Shown: piece after piece, positions 1-9,286 of the stretch
Layout of the letters: each line of letters opens with the position of its first letter
How positions within the stretch are numbered: the stretch's first letter is position 1
Position numbers and translations under genes: made by a program
Notes under the pieces: generated by a model
The model's input: the letters and a program-made list of their open reading frames with translations, nothing else
Databases searched by the model: none
Told to the model about the DNA's origin: nothing
Assembly (NCBI GenBank): GCA_035693505.1
Contig: DASSGK010000574.1
Location: 62 to 64,061, forward strand
DNA from: Vicinamibacterales bacterium
GTDB taxonomy: Bacteria; Acidobacteriota; Vicinamibacteria; Vicinamibacterales; CAVVIG01
Reading direction: 5' to 3'
Length of the DNA stretch: 64,000 nt

Positions 1-1
1 C

Positions 2-2368
2 GACGCGTCCAGGATTCAAACGGGATTCGACGCGCAGTGGCGAATTATCGAGCCGGACAATTTTGCGGCGGTGATCGGCCACGCCAGGGTGGGGCGCTAT
101 CCCTTCGGCGTCGCGCTCTCGCGTGACGACAACACGCTGTTCGTCACGCACGTTGGCGTGTTCGAATACACGCATCTGCGGCCGGCGAATCCGACCGGCG
201 ACGCCAACCTTGACTATCCGCTGTGCTATCCGGGCGCGGGCTATCCCGACGAGACGGCGCACGATCGCGTCATTGAAATCAACAAGGTCGATCCGCGCAA
301 TCTTCCAGACGGCCTGCGAGATGCCGGCGGCATCCGGTGCGGATACGTGCCGAACGATCGGCTCTACACGGTGCCGGGCCTCGGCAGCCCCAATGCGCCG
401 CAGTCATCGTCGGTGTACGTGCTGGATGTCAGCAACCCGCGCCTGCCGCAGCGGCGGGAGATCGTCAAGACAGGTCCCCTGGTCGGTCAGCGTGAAGACG
501 GCCTCGACGCGTACAGCGGGAGTCATCCGAACGCCGTCGCGGCCGGACCTGATGCGATCTACGTCGCGAACGGCAACAACGACAGCATTTCCGTGCTCGA
601 CCCGCGCACCTACCAGGAGCGCGATCGCATCGGCCTGTCGCTGCTCCGGGGGCAGGATCGCGCGTTGAGAGGCGTGCAGCCGGTGGGGCTCGCGCTGAGC
701 CCGGACGCCGAGTATCTGTATGTCGCGGAGGCGGGCATCAACGCCATCGGCGTGATCAAGCTCGATGACAGGCGCGGCGAGATCGTCGGTCACATTCCCG
801 TCGGCTGGTGGCCGAGCAGCGTGCGGGTCAGCGCCGACGGCCGATCGTTGTATGTGGCCAATGCCCGCGGCCGCGGCGCCGGGCCCAACCCCGTCGGCGA
901 AAGCCAGTCGCCGAAATTCAGCGTCCTCGGGACCGTGAACATGATTCCGACGCCGACGCAGCGGCAGCTGGATGCGTATACCACCCGCGTCTACGCCAAC
1001 AACGGCTTTGCCGCAGCCCGGCGCGAGGGCGACGACGATCGCGACGCTGACTTCGCGCGCCGCAAAGAAACCGGGAATCCGATCCCGAGCGAGGCGGGAC
1101 GGCCGAGCGCCCAGATCAAGCACGTCGTGTTCATCAACAAGGAAAACGCGACGCACGATCTGCTGCTCGGCGACATCACGCAGACGCGCCGGGGTGTGCC
1201 AGTCAACGGTCAGCCCTCGTTCTCGCTGGGGATCGAGGCGAGCCCGAACCATCACGAGCTCGCCTTGCGGTTTGCTTTCAGCGACAACTTCTTTCTCGAG
1301 CCGTCCGTCTCCTCAGACGGCCATCGCTGGTTGACGGGGCAGTACACCACCGAGTCGGAAGAGACCCACTGGCCGGCTTCTTACGGCGGGCGGCGCAACG
1401 ACTCCGGCGACGACCCCGAGGTGATCAAGAACTATCCGGGACGGATCGGGTTCACCGATGCGAACGCATCGCCCGAGCCGAACGACTACAACGAGCACGG
1501 CGGCATCTACCTTCATCTGAACCGTCACAACAGGAGCTTCGTCAACTTCGGCAACGGCTTCGAGTTCGCCGTGATTGACGAGCCAGGCGGCGCCGATCCG
1601 ACCGGCGCGCGCGAGCACGTCAACGTGCCGATGGAGAAGGTCGTCCGCGACAACAGCGACCATCTGTTTCCCACCTTCAACACGCACATTCCCGACGCAC
1701 CGCTGCCTGAAGATCCGTCGCGGTTCAACCGCTTCGATCGCTTCAAGCAGGTCTTCGAGTCCCGGTTCGTCGACCGTCGCCGCGGCGTCTGCAAGCTGCC
1801 GCAATACGTGGATCTGTACTACCCGAACGATCACGGCGGTGGCGCCCGCGACATCAACCCGGCTGGACCGGACTGGTCGTTCAAGCGATTCGTGCAGGAC
1901 AACGACGCCGCGCTCGGCTTGACCGTGGATCTGCTGTCGAACAGCCCGTGCTGGAAGGACACCGTGATCTTCGTGGTCGAGGACGACACCCAGAACGGCG
2001 CCGATCACGTGGATGGGCACCGCTCGATCTTCCTGGCCGTCAGTCCGTGGGTGAAGAAGCAGTACGTCAGCAAGACGCACACGAGCCTCGCCAGCATCTT
2101 CAAGACCGTGAATCTGATTCTCGGATTGCCGCCGCTGAATCAGTACGATGCGGCGGCGACGGATCTGCGAGACATGTTTACGAGCAGCCCGGACTTCAGC
2201 ACTTTCAGCGTCCAGCCGGTTCAGTTTGCGCAGCGGGTCAATCCGCTCTGGCTGGCGTTGACGCGCAACATCGACTTCAGCCGGCCCGACACGGATGAAC
2301 GAAAGCTTCAAGCGGCCATCATGAAGTCCGAGGGATTGCCGCGTCATCCGGAAGCCGCGGCGAAGTAG
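2..2368 (+). CDS. Beta-propeller (YncE/YVTN-like) + phosphoesterase-family (phospholipase C / acid phosphatase type) protein; 5' end runs off the window
   Basis: The reading frame is open from base 2, with no stop before the listed start at 71. Repeated blade-like strings are present: 'LFVTHVG', 'IYVANGNNDSISVLD', 'LYVAEAGINAIGVI', 'LYVANARGRG'. The C-terminal half has 'VVFINKENATHD' and 'VIFVVEDDTQNGADHVDGHRS', typical of the phosphoesterase family. Confidence 0.8.
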   Translation, partial: DASRIQTGFDAQWRIIEPDNFAAVIGHARVGRYPFGVALSRDDNTLFVTHVGVFEYTHLRPANPTGDANLDYPLCYPGAGYPDETAHDRVIEINKVDPRNLPDGLRDAGGIRCGYVPNDRLYTVPGLGSPNAPQSSSVYVLDVSNPRLPQRREIVKTGPLVGQREDGLDAYSGSHPNAVAAGPDAIYVANGNNDSISVLDPRTYQERDRIGLSLLRGQDRALRGVQPVGLALSPDAEYLYVAEAGINAIGVIKLDDRRGEIVGHIPVGWWPSSVRVSADGRSLYVANARGRGAGPNPVGESQSPKFSVLGTVNMIPTPTQRQLDAYTTRVYANNGFAAARREGDDDRDADFARRKETGNPIPSEAGRPSAQIKHVVFINKENATHDLLLGDITQTRRGVPVNGQPSFSLGIEASPNHHELALRFAFSDNFFLEPSVSSDGHRWLTGQYTTESEETHWPASYGGRRNDSGDDPEVIKNYPGRIGFTDANASPEPNDYNEHGGIYLHLNRHNRSFVNFGNGFEFAVIDEPGGADPTGAREHVNVPMEKVVRDNSDHLFPTFNTHIPDAPLPEDPSRFNRFDRFKQVFESRFVDRRRGVCKLPQYVDLYYPNDHGGGARDINPAGPDWSFKRFVQDNDAALGLTVDLLSNSPCWKDTVIFVVEDDTQNGADHVDGHRSIFLAVSPWVKKQYVSKTHTSLASIFKTVNLILGLPPLNQYDAAATDLRDMFTSSPDFSTFSVQPVQFAQRVNPLWLALTRNIDFSRPDTDERKLQAAIMKSEGLPRHPEAAAK

Positions 2369-2494
2369 GACCGCGCCTGGAACCTCAGCCAAGTTTCTCT
2401 GAGGTCGGCCGCACTGTCGTGTTCCCCTACCCGAGCGCCCGCCGTATGCTTGAAGGTGTTGAGCGCCGAGGGCGTCTTTCAGGGAGGCGACGTG

Positions 2495-3544
2495 ATGCGG
2501 ACACTGATGGTCTCGTTCGGTCTCGCGGCGCCGTTCGCGCTGACAGTCTTCGCTCAGCCGGTCGCGCGCCAGTCGCTGGACGTGTTCGCGCAGGTCGGGC
2601 TGACGCCGGGCCAGATTGCGTCCATTGACGAAGGCCGTCCCGTCGCGAAGGTCCTCTCGTGGGGAGAGTCCTCCGAGATCTATGTGTTTGGTGCCGTGCA
2701 CGTGAACGGCGCGCCTGCCGCGTACATGCAAAGGTCGCGCGATATCAAACGGCTCGCCGGCACTCCTGGGTACCTCGGGATCGGCGAGATTCCAGCGGCC
2801 GCGACCGCGGCCGATCTCGCTGGCGTCACGCTGGACGCCGACGATGTGAAGGCCCTGAAGAAATGCCGCGAAGGGTCGTGCGACGTCCAGCTGCCGACGA
2901 CGGCGATTCGAGCGTTTCAGAATGCGGTGGACTGGTCCCAGCCGGATCCGTCCACCCAGGTCAACGCCCTCGCTCGCGACATGCTGCTCGGCCTGGTCCG
3001 TGAGTATCGACGGGGCGGCAACACTGCACTCGGCGTGTACCGGGACAAAGAGCATCCGGCGCGCGTCGCCGCGCAGTTCGAGACGATGGTCGGCCGCGCC
3101 GCCGCGATCCCTGACGTCATACCGGAACTGCGACGGTACCTCCTTCAGTACCCCAATCAGGATTTGCCGGGCGCCGACAGCTACTTCTACTGGGAGAAGG
3201 TGGACTTCGGCATGAAGCCGACCATTCGCGTGAATCACGCCGTCGTCTACCACACGCGTGCAGGTGAACGGGACATCAGCGCCGTCGCGATCAAGCAGCT
3301 GTACGCCAGCCACTATTTCCACACGGCCCTCGACGTCTCGGCCTGCATCTCCGACACCACGAAATCAGAGTCGCGCGGGTTCTACCTGCTCACACTCAAA
3401 GGATCGGAGCAGGAAGGACTGACCGGCTTCAAAGGCTCCGTGGTGCGAAGAGTTGTGGTCGACAAGACCCGCTCGTCGCTCGAAACCGCGCTCGCGTCGA
3501 TCAAGCAGGCGATCGAGCAGACCCCGGCGTCCGCCCAGCGCTGA
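2495..3544 (+). CDS. Hypothetical exported protein
   Basis: Start moved to ATG 2495, preceded by AGGGAGG with a 7-nt spacer. 'MRTLMVSFGLAAPFALTVFAQP' looks like a signal peptide. No family recognised. Confidence 0.6.
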   Translation: MRTLMVSFGLAAPFALTVFAQPVARQSLDVFAQVGLTPGQIASIDEGRPVAKVLSWGESSEIYVFGAVHVNGAPAAYMQRSRDIKRLAGTPGYLGIGEIPAAATAADLAGVTLDADDVKALKKCREGSCDVQLPTTAIRAFQNAVDWSQPDPSTQVNALARDMLLGLVREYRRGGNTALGVYRDKEHPARVAAQFETMVGRAAAIPDVIPELRRYLLQYPNQDLPGADSYFYWEKVDFGMKPTIRVNHAVVYHTRAGERDISAVAIKQLYASHYFHTALDVSACISDTTKSESRGFYLLTLKGSEQEGLTGFKGSVVRRVVVDKTRSSLETALASIKQAIEQTPASAQR

Positions 3545-3724
3545 CCGCCGGCAGCCGCCGGTTTCATCAGTGCAGACAAGCCCCTCCATCAACAAAGGCT
3601 GAGTTCCAGGTCGGCCTCAACCGCAGGAAACGGCGCGCAACGGGCCGTCACTAGAGTCGAGAGGTTCGCATTGACGACGCGAGGTTGTGAACGAACCTGT
3701 TCGCGTTAACCAATGGAGGCGGCG

Positions 3725-4819
3725 ATGCCCTTGCACTCGAGGCTCTTCCGCGGCGATCCCAGGCTCGAAGCCTGCCTGATCCAGGATTCGGCGCACATTA
3801 CTCAGGGCGCGGCCGGTGAACACGTCGCCAAGATCCAGTTCGCCCTCGCGACGATCGACAATTTCGGGATTGCTCCACGCGACCTGTCGACCGGGACGTA
3901 CGGTGCCTCGACGGCAGACGCGGTCCTTGCGTACAAGACCAGGCGCCAGATCATCAACCGAAGCTACCAGACGAAGGCCGACAACATTGTCGGCAAGATG
4001 ACCATCGCCTCGCTCGATAAGGAGATGTTCGTCCACGAGCATCAGTCGACCATCGGCGGGACGTGCGTGATGAACAGGGGAGGCGGCACGATCGAGCCGG
4101 CCGGTCTCGGCACAGGCGAAAGCCGCGCCATTGTCGGCTTTGCGATCCCGGGGCAACTGCAGGTCGGACAGCCTGTTCTGACTCCCAGCGCGATGGCGCT
4201 GACATCCGTGCCGCTCGCTCTTTCCTGGGTCAGGCTCGGCGCCATCTCGGAGATCGAGACGCTGCAGGCTCTGAAGTTCATCGCCGACCTGGAAAAGAAT
4301 CCCAAGCTCGCCTTCCCAGGTGTCTTCGACACCATCAACACGCACTTCCATCTCGACCGCGATCCAACCCGCCTGCGCAGAAACCTCCGGCGGCTGCACC
4401 AGGTGTTTGGTCTCATTCGAACCGTGCTCGACAAGGCCGCGACATTCTTCAAGAGCGGGCCCAATCTGCCCAAGTCGAAGTTCGCCGACGCGCCGATGGG
4501 CGGCTTTCAGTTCGGCCCGCCGTCCAATCGCATCACCTTCCGTCCGGGCTATCTCACCTGCGGACCCAACTGCCGGGCGGCGATGATCGTCCACGAATGC
4601 GCGCACTTCGTCGGCGGCCTCAGCGTCATCAACCATTTCGCCACTGAATTTCCGATACCGCAGGGAGCGCCGCAGGACCTGGGAAAGAAGGCCGGACGGA
4701 ACTACCAGCAGCTCCTCACGGGTGAGGCCCTGCGCAATGCGTCGAGCTACGCCGCGTACGCGATTCACGCAGCGACCGGAACGGACTCCCGCTTCGGCGC
4801 CAACAACATCTCCGTCTGA
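3725..4819 (+). CDS. PG-binding-like N-terminal domain + HExxH (aspzincin/M35-like) putative metallopeptidase, no signal peptide
   Basis: ATG 3725 is preceded by GGAGG with a 5-nt spacer. The N-terminus 'GAAGEHVAKIQFALATIDNFGIAP...GTYGASTADAVLAYKTRRQI...IVGKMTIASLDKEM' fits the PG_binding_1 pattern. The C-terminus has 'MIVHECAHFVGG' (HExxH) and later 'ALRNASSYAAYAIHA', resembling the NADSY-type helix of M35/aspzincins. Confidence 0.7.
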   Translation: MPLHSRLFRGDPRLEACLIQDSAHITQGAAGEHVAKIQFALATIDNFGIAPRDLSTGTYGASTADAVLAYKTRRQIINRSYQTKADNIVGKMTIASLDKEMFVHEHQSTIGGTCVMNRGGGTIEPAGLGTGESRAIVGFAIPGQLQVGQPVLTPSAMALTSVPLALSWVRLGAISEIETLQALKFIADLEKNPKLAFPGVFDTINTHFHLDRDPTRLRRNLRRLHQVFGLIRTVLDKAATFFKSGPNLPKSKFADAPMGGFQFGPPSNRITFRPGYLTCGPNCRAAMIVHECAHFVGGLSVINHFATEFPIPQGAPQDLGKKAGRNYQQLLTGEALRNASSYAAYAIHAATGTDSRFGANNISV

Positions 4820-4943
4820 TCTCGCTCTCTATGCCGGACGAAGATAGGTCGACTCGTCGGGAATGACCGACGCTGCTGCTGGCCGGCGGACGATGACGTC
4901 CTGGCCGTCGGCCATGGCCACGAAGACCTCCCAGTGCCTACCG

Positions 4944-5649
4944 TCAGCGCCGGCCGGCGTCCGCCAGGAACGCGAACACGTCGGATTCCCAAATGGCGGG
5001 TTGCAGCGGCAGGTCGTGTCCGTCATCGGGCGTGGTTCCGATGGGTGCGTATATCTTCAGCCGATGTGGTTTGCCGAGTTGGGCGAGTCGCTGGTCCAGC
5101 GCCGTTCCAGGGGTGGTCGAATAGTCGTTCGCCGCATGCATCAGGAACACCGGAGCGGTGATGTGCGGCACCGCACCAAGCAGCAGCTCCCGCAGCTCCG
5201 GCGATCGATCCCAACTGTAACCCGCCGTTGAGAAGAGGACGATCGCGCGGACATCGGGCTCGCGCGCGGCGAGCAGCAGCGTCAGCGACGCTCCAAACGA
5301 ATGTCCCACCAGCGACACGCGGCGCGCGTCGACGTCCGGCCTCGCGCGTGGTGCCGCCAACGCGGCGGCCGCGTCGTCCAGCTCACGGTGCTCGAGCAGT
5401 TGCAGTTGCATCGCATTGCGCGCCTCCTGGCCCTCACGTGCGAACGCGTCCTCCATCAAGTCGATCGCGCTCTTGCTGATGTCCGAGGACGGTCCCGGGG
5501 CGCCACAGCAAGGCGTGAAGCGCTGCATCCTTGCTCCGAATGGTCAACGACTCTGGCGGCTGGATGCACGCGGCTCCGCCTATTGACACGACCACAAGGA
5601 GGAGCAGCCGCCACAGAGCTCGTACGAGCATCACTGACACTTCCTCCAT
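4944..5649 (-). pseudogene. Alpha/beta hydrolase (dienelactone-hydrolase-like), apparently frameshifted and internally deleted
   Basis: ORF 4944..5528 carries the nucleophile elbow 'LVGHSFGASL' and the C-terminal 'DDGHD'. A signal peptide plus family-typical N-terminus ('MLVRALWRLLLLVVVSIGGAAC...LTIRSKDAALHALLWRP') sits in a different frame (5434..5649). The two frames overlap near 5480..5530, and the expected HG/oxyanion segment is missing. Confidence 0.45.
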
Positions 5650-5843
5650 GCATCAGCTGCCGCCAGCAATGTGCAGTCGATGTGACTGCACGGCGCCACC
5701 GCGTGCTCACAGCAGACGATGAGCTCGAAACGCTCGCTGGCTAATCACTGACGGAAGGAGTAGGCTCAAAGGTGCTTTACTGAGCGCCTCACCCCGTCGT
5801 CATGGGTCCGCGCCCTCACCGAAGCGGCGAGGAACCGGGATTC

Positions 5844-6032
5844 ATGACCAACCGCGCGTTCAGGATCACCAACGAACAAGTCGGCGTCGTAATCTCGTGG
5901 CTGGGATACATCGAGCAGACCCGCGTCGCGTTGGCATTGGAAGCCGGACCCGGCCACGAGGCGTTCTGCCAGACGCTGGAGAAGGCCGCCGATGCCATCT
6001 ACCGCGTCGTCAGCGACCTGCCGCCGGCGTAA
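5844..6032 (+). CDS. Small hypothetical protein (62 aa)
   Basis: ATG 5844 lies 9 nt after GAGGAA. There is no recognisable motif. The region is otherwise unexplained, so this could be non-coding. Confidence 0.25.
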   Translation: MTNRAFRITNEQVGVVISWLGYIEQTRVALALEAGPGHEAFCQTLEKAADAIYRVVSDLPPA

Positions 6033-6063
6033 CGATTTACCAGCCGTACTCTCGAAGCGGCAG

Positions 6064-7659
6064 CTACTGCCGATCGCGCGCTGACGGAGCGCGCATCGAC
6101 GCCGTCGAGATGAACCCCGCAGGAAGCGCCGGTGCAATCGGCATGATCCCCTCGGGCACGAGCAGGTTCGGCATCGGCGCGCCGAGAAACAGCCGCCGGC
6201 AGGCGATGCCGAGCCATTTCGCCCATCGCGTCGACCGGATGACGCGCGCGCTGTCGGTCGCGATGCCCGTGTTCGCGTACATCTGCCGGTACAGTTTGGA
6301 GACCAGCACGAACGCCAGCCGCGCACGCAGCGATTCGACCACGCCGGAGCGGCGCCAGACGTTGGGCCAGCTGTAGAACCGATCCCAGGCGCCCTGCGTG
6401 TGCACGCGGATATCTTCCGGCGACAACGTCGGATGCGGCGTGTACACCTTCGGCCGCCGCCCCTCGGGAATCAGCCAGTGGCGCGTAATCGACACGCCGT
6501 CGACGGTCGTCGCCTCGCGTCCTTCGGCCGCCGCCCAGTTCTCGAAATCGATTGTGCCCGGAAACGGCGTCAGCAGGACGAACTGCGCGAACGTGATGCC
6601 CGCGCGCTCGGCGAGATCTACCGTCGCGTCGAACGTGTCGCGGTCGTCGCTCGGCAGCCCGAAGATGAACGATCCGAGCACGTGGACGCCGTGGCTGCGA
6701 AACGCGCGCAGCCGTTCGACGAGTGCGTCGCCCGACAGGTTGAATCCCTTGTAGACGTCCTTGAGTCCCGCGGCGGTCACCGATTCGACGCCGACCAGCG
6801 CACCGCGAATATGCGCGGCGCTCATGGCCTTCAGGAACTCCGGATCCTCGGCCGCTTCCATGGTGATCTGCGTGTAGAACACGAGGTCGTCAGGCAGCCG
6901 GGCGAGCTGCGCCATCAGGTCGAAGCGCTCCTGCCGCAGCGCCTCGAGCTCGTGCAGCCGCGACGGATCCGAACGGCGCCTGGCCGCTGCAAGATCCTCG
7001 AAGGTCACCGGATAGAAATTGTCGTCGGCGAGCGCGATGAACTTGAAGCCGAGCCGCCGCAGTTCGACGATCTCGTGGATGACGGCGTCGACGTGCCGCT
7101 GGCGCGGCGCCTGGCCGTCGGTGCGCCACACCGAGCAGAACGAGCAATGCTTCGGGCAGCCGCGCACCGTCTGAACCGACGCCCACATGTAGGCGTTCTT
7201 CGGCAGCAAATCCCAGCGCGCCGAGACGAACTGCTCGCCGGCGATGCGTCCTGCGTCGTAAACCGGCTCGGGATGTCCGTCGACACAGTCCTGCACGACC
7301 CTGGCCCACGCGACGTCGCCGTCGCCCTTGACCACGCTGTGGGCGCCACCGAGCTCCGGCGGCTCTTCCGGAAAAAGCGTCGCATGAATACCGCCGAACA
7401 CGACCCACGCGCCCCGCTCGCGCGCGAGGCGTCCGACCTCGTAGCCACGCAGTGCGTTGCCCGTGTGGATTCCGATGCCGACGACGTCGCCCGGCGCGAT
7501 CGATTCGGGGTCGACGTGCGCGATCGTTTCGTCGACGATCAATGGGTCGCCCCATGTTGTGCCCGTGGCCGCGCCCAGCACGTAGAGCCACCGGGGCGTA
7601 ATGACCGCGACGCCAAACGACACGTGGCTGGGGTTGATCAGATGAACACGCATGACCAT
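6064..7659 (-). CDS. B12-binding-domain radical SAM protein
   Basis: N-terminal cobalamin-binding-like domain ('VVGIGIHTGNA...VVFGGIHATLFPEE...VVKGDGD'). Radical SAM cluster motif 'GCPKHCSFCSV' (CxxxCxxC). Long C-terminal extension. Confidence 0.9.
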   Translation of the reverse strand: MVMRVHLINPSHVSFGVAVITPRWLYVLGAATGTTWGDPLIVDETIAHVDPESIAPGDVVGIGIHTGNALRGYEVGRLARERGAWVVFGGIHATLFPEEPPELGGAHSVVKGDGDVAWARVVQDCVDGHPEPVYDAGRIAGEQFVSARWDLLPKNAYMWASVQTVRGCPKHCSFCSVWRTDGQAPRQRHVDAVIHEIVELRRLGFKFIALADDNFYPVTFEDLAAARRRSDPSRLHELEALRQERFDLMAQLARLPDDLVFYTQITMEAAEDPEFLKAMSAAHIRGALVGVESVTAAGLKDVYKGFNLSGDALVERLRAFRSHGVHVLGSFIFGLPSDDRDTFDATVDLAERAGITFAQFVLLTPFPGTIDFENWAAAEGREATTVDGVSITRHWLIPEGRRPKVYTPHPTLSPEDIRVHTQGAWDRFYSWPNVWRRSGVVESLRARLAFVLVSKLYRQMYANTGIATDSARVIRSTRWAKWLGIACRRLFLGAPMPNLLVPEGIMPIAPALPAGFISTASMRAPSARDRQ

Positions 7660-7669
7660 GTCCCTCGTC

Positions 7670-7689
7670 GGAAACGTCTGGAAACGTCC
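7670..7689 (-). promoter_or_regulatory. Tandem 10-mer (ggaaacgtcY x2) in the 5' leader of the radical SAM gene
   Basis: The repeats 'ggaaacgtct' and 'ggaaacgtcc' sit directly adjacent, 11 nt upstream of the start codon at 7659 and next to the GAGGGA RBS-like tract. Function unknown. Confidence 0.3.
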
Positions 7690-8093
7690 TCGAAGGCTTG
7701 GGCTCAGGCGCGCCGGCGGGTGAGCAGTCTTTAAGGAAGAACGTGCCTACTATAGCACTCGGGGCCGGCCGGGAAGTCAGCGAACGATCAGACGAGTTGG
7801 CGTCGAAGGAGCCACGGCTGCGCCAAAAAAAACCGGCTTGGTGTTCAGGTGGAGCGAAGCGGGAAGCGTCTGCTGAGTCACCTTCTCCCAATGGACTGAA
7901 TTGGTGAGGTAGTTGTAGGTTCCGCCGCGGATGAGCGTCCTCACTGCCCATTCTCACCGTGGGCGCGATGCGGATGACGCTCCACGCCAGGTCGACGCTT
8001 GATTCTCGTGAATCCAGCCTGCCCGCTATGATGGGATCTCAATCGAGGTCCGTGCAGACTCGAGGACCATATTCGCACGGCCGCGGGGGCACG

Positions 8094-8867
8094 ATGTTTC
8101 TCACCTTCAACGAGAGACCTTCGGATTCACCATTCGTTGAACGGATCTGGCGCAGCCGGAGCCATTCAGCGGGTGTGTTTCTATCCGTCGCGGCGAGTCA
8201 TTTTGAGATCGCCGTGACGCGGCACAATGGGAAGTCGTTCCTCACCGTCCGAGGACCGGAGACAAGCGCGACTCAGGCGGATTGCCCGGCCGGGGGTGAG
8301 TGGCTGGGCATCCGTTTCAAGCTCGGTACCTTCATGCCGGCATTCCTGCCGGGCCATCTCAAGGATCGACACGATGTCACTCTGCCGGTCGCCACGAGTC
8401 AGTCGTTCTGGCTCAATGGCTCCGCGTGGGAATATCCGGACTTCGAGAATGTCGATACGTTCGTGGCCAGGCTGGTGCGGAAGGGGATTATCGTACGTGA
8501 TGCCGGCGTGGAAGCCGCGCTGCAGGGCCAGGCTGGACGCCTTCCGATTCGATCCATCCAGCGTCACTTTCTGCGTGCCACGGGAATCAGCCATCGCGCC
8601 GCCCGTCAAATCGAACGCGCCAGGTATGCGACAACGCTGCTGAAGCGGGGCGTCTCGATCCTCGACACCGTTCATGAGGCGGGCTATTTCGATCAGGCGC
8701 ACCTGAACCGGGCAGTGAAGATCTTGATCGGTCAGACCCCCCTGGAGATTAGAAACGGCCAACAACAGCTGTCGTTTCTATACAAAACAACGCCACTGCC
8801 GCCCATCTACGATGCGCATCGGAGGTTTGCTCATGATCGCATCGGAACGAATCACGGTCCCGGTTGA
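8094..8867 (+). CDS. AraC-family transcriptional regulator
   Basis: Start at 'MFLTFNERPSDSPFVERIW'. C-terminal HTH region 'IRSIQRHFLRATGISHRAARQIERARYATTLLKRGVSILDTVHEAGYFDQAHLNRAVKILIGQTP'. Confidence 0.8.
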   Translation: MFLTFNERPSDSPFVERIWRSRSHSAGVFLSVAASHFEIAVTRHNGKSFLTVRGPETSATQADCPAGGEWLGIRFKLGTFMPAFLPGHLKDRHDVTLPVATSQSFWLNGSAWEYPDFENVDTFVARLVRKGIIVRDAGVEAALQGQAGRLPIRSIQRHFLRATGISHRAARQIERARYATTLLKRGVSILDTVHEAGYFDQAHLNRAVKILIGQTPLEIRNGQQQLSFLYKTTPLPPIYDAHRRFAHDRIGTNHGPG

Positions 8868-9279
8868 AGCTGTCCACCGGAGCGCGAGGATCGCGGAGAA
8901 TGTCGGGCTTGTTTGCTCGGGACTCGCGGTGCTCTTCCTCGTGTTCGACACAGTGCTCAAGGTTCTGAAACTCGCGCCCGCCATCGAGGGAACGATGGCG
9001 CTGGGCTTCCCGGCCGACAGCGTCCAGTGGATCGGGATCGTCGAACTCGCATGCGTGGTGCTCTATGTCGTACCGCGCACGTCTGTATTCGGCGGGCTAC
9101 TGTTGACCGGGTACCTGGGGGGCGCGGTTGCCGCTCATGTTCGAATCTCTAATCCACTGCTGACCCACACGCTCTTCCCCGTGTACGTCGCCCTTTTTCT
9201 CTGGGGAGGGTTGTATTTACGCGAGAAACGGCTGCGGGATCTCGTGCCGCTCCGCCGTCGTACGCCGCCACCGGTCTGA
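8833..9279 (+). CDS. DoxX-like small membrane protein
   Basis: ATG 8833 follows GGAGG with a 7-nt spacer. Four hydrophobic segments, with 'LLLTGYLGGAVAAHVRI' typical of DoxX-like proteins. Overlaps the end of the AraC gene. Confidence 0.75.
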   Translation: MIASERITVPVEAVHRSARIAENVGLVCSGLAVLFLVFDTVLKVLKLAPAIEGTMALGFPADSVQWIGIVELACVVLYVVPRTSVFGGLLLTGYLGGAVAAHVRISNPLLTHTLFPVYVALFLWGGLYLREKRLRDLVPLRRRTPPPV

Positions 9280-9286
9280 CGCCCCT

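Noticed and set aside
1313-3322. 669-aa minus-strand ORF; similar long antisense ORFs at 3617..4768, 6400..7734, 9924..11177, 22934..23905, 24581..26056, 25788..26972, 27153..28310, 28663..29970, 29657..30754, 31116..32219, 34383..35609, 35829..36905, 44062..45387 and 45847..47292
   Set aside because: Each overlaps an opposite-strand or other-frame gene that has recognisable motifs. None has motifs of its own, and all have Arg-rich shadow-ORF composition.
3546-3566. CCGGC-AGCC-GCCGG hairpin followed by TTTC after the 2495..3544 gene, as an intrinsic terminator
   Set aside because: The stem is only 5 to 6 bp and the U-tract is short, which is too weak to list as a feature.
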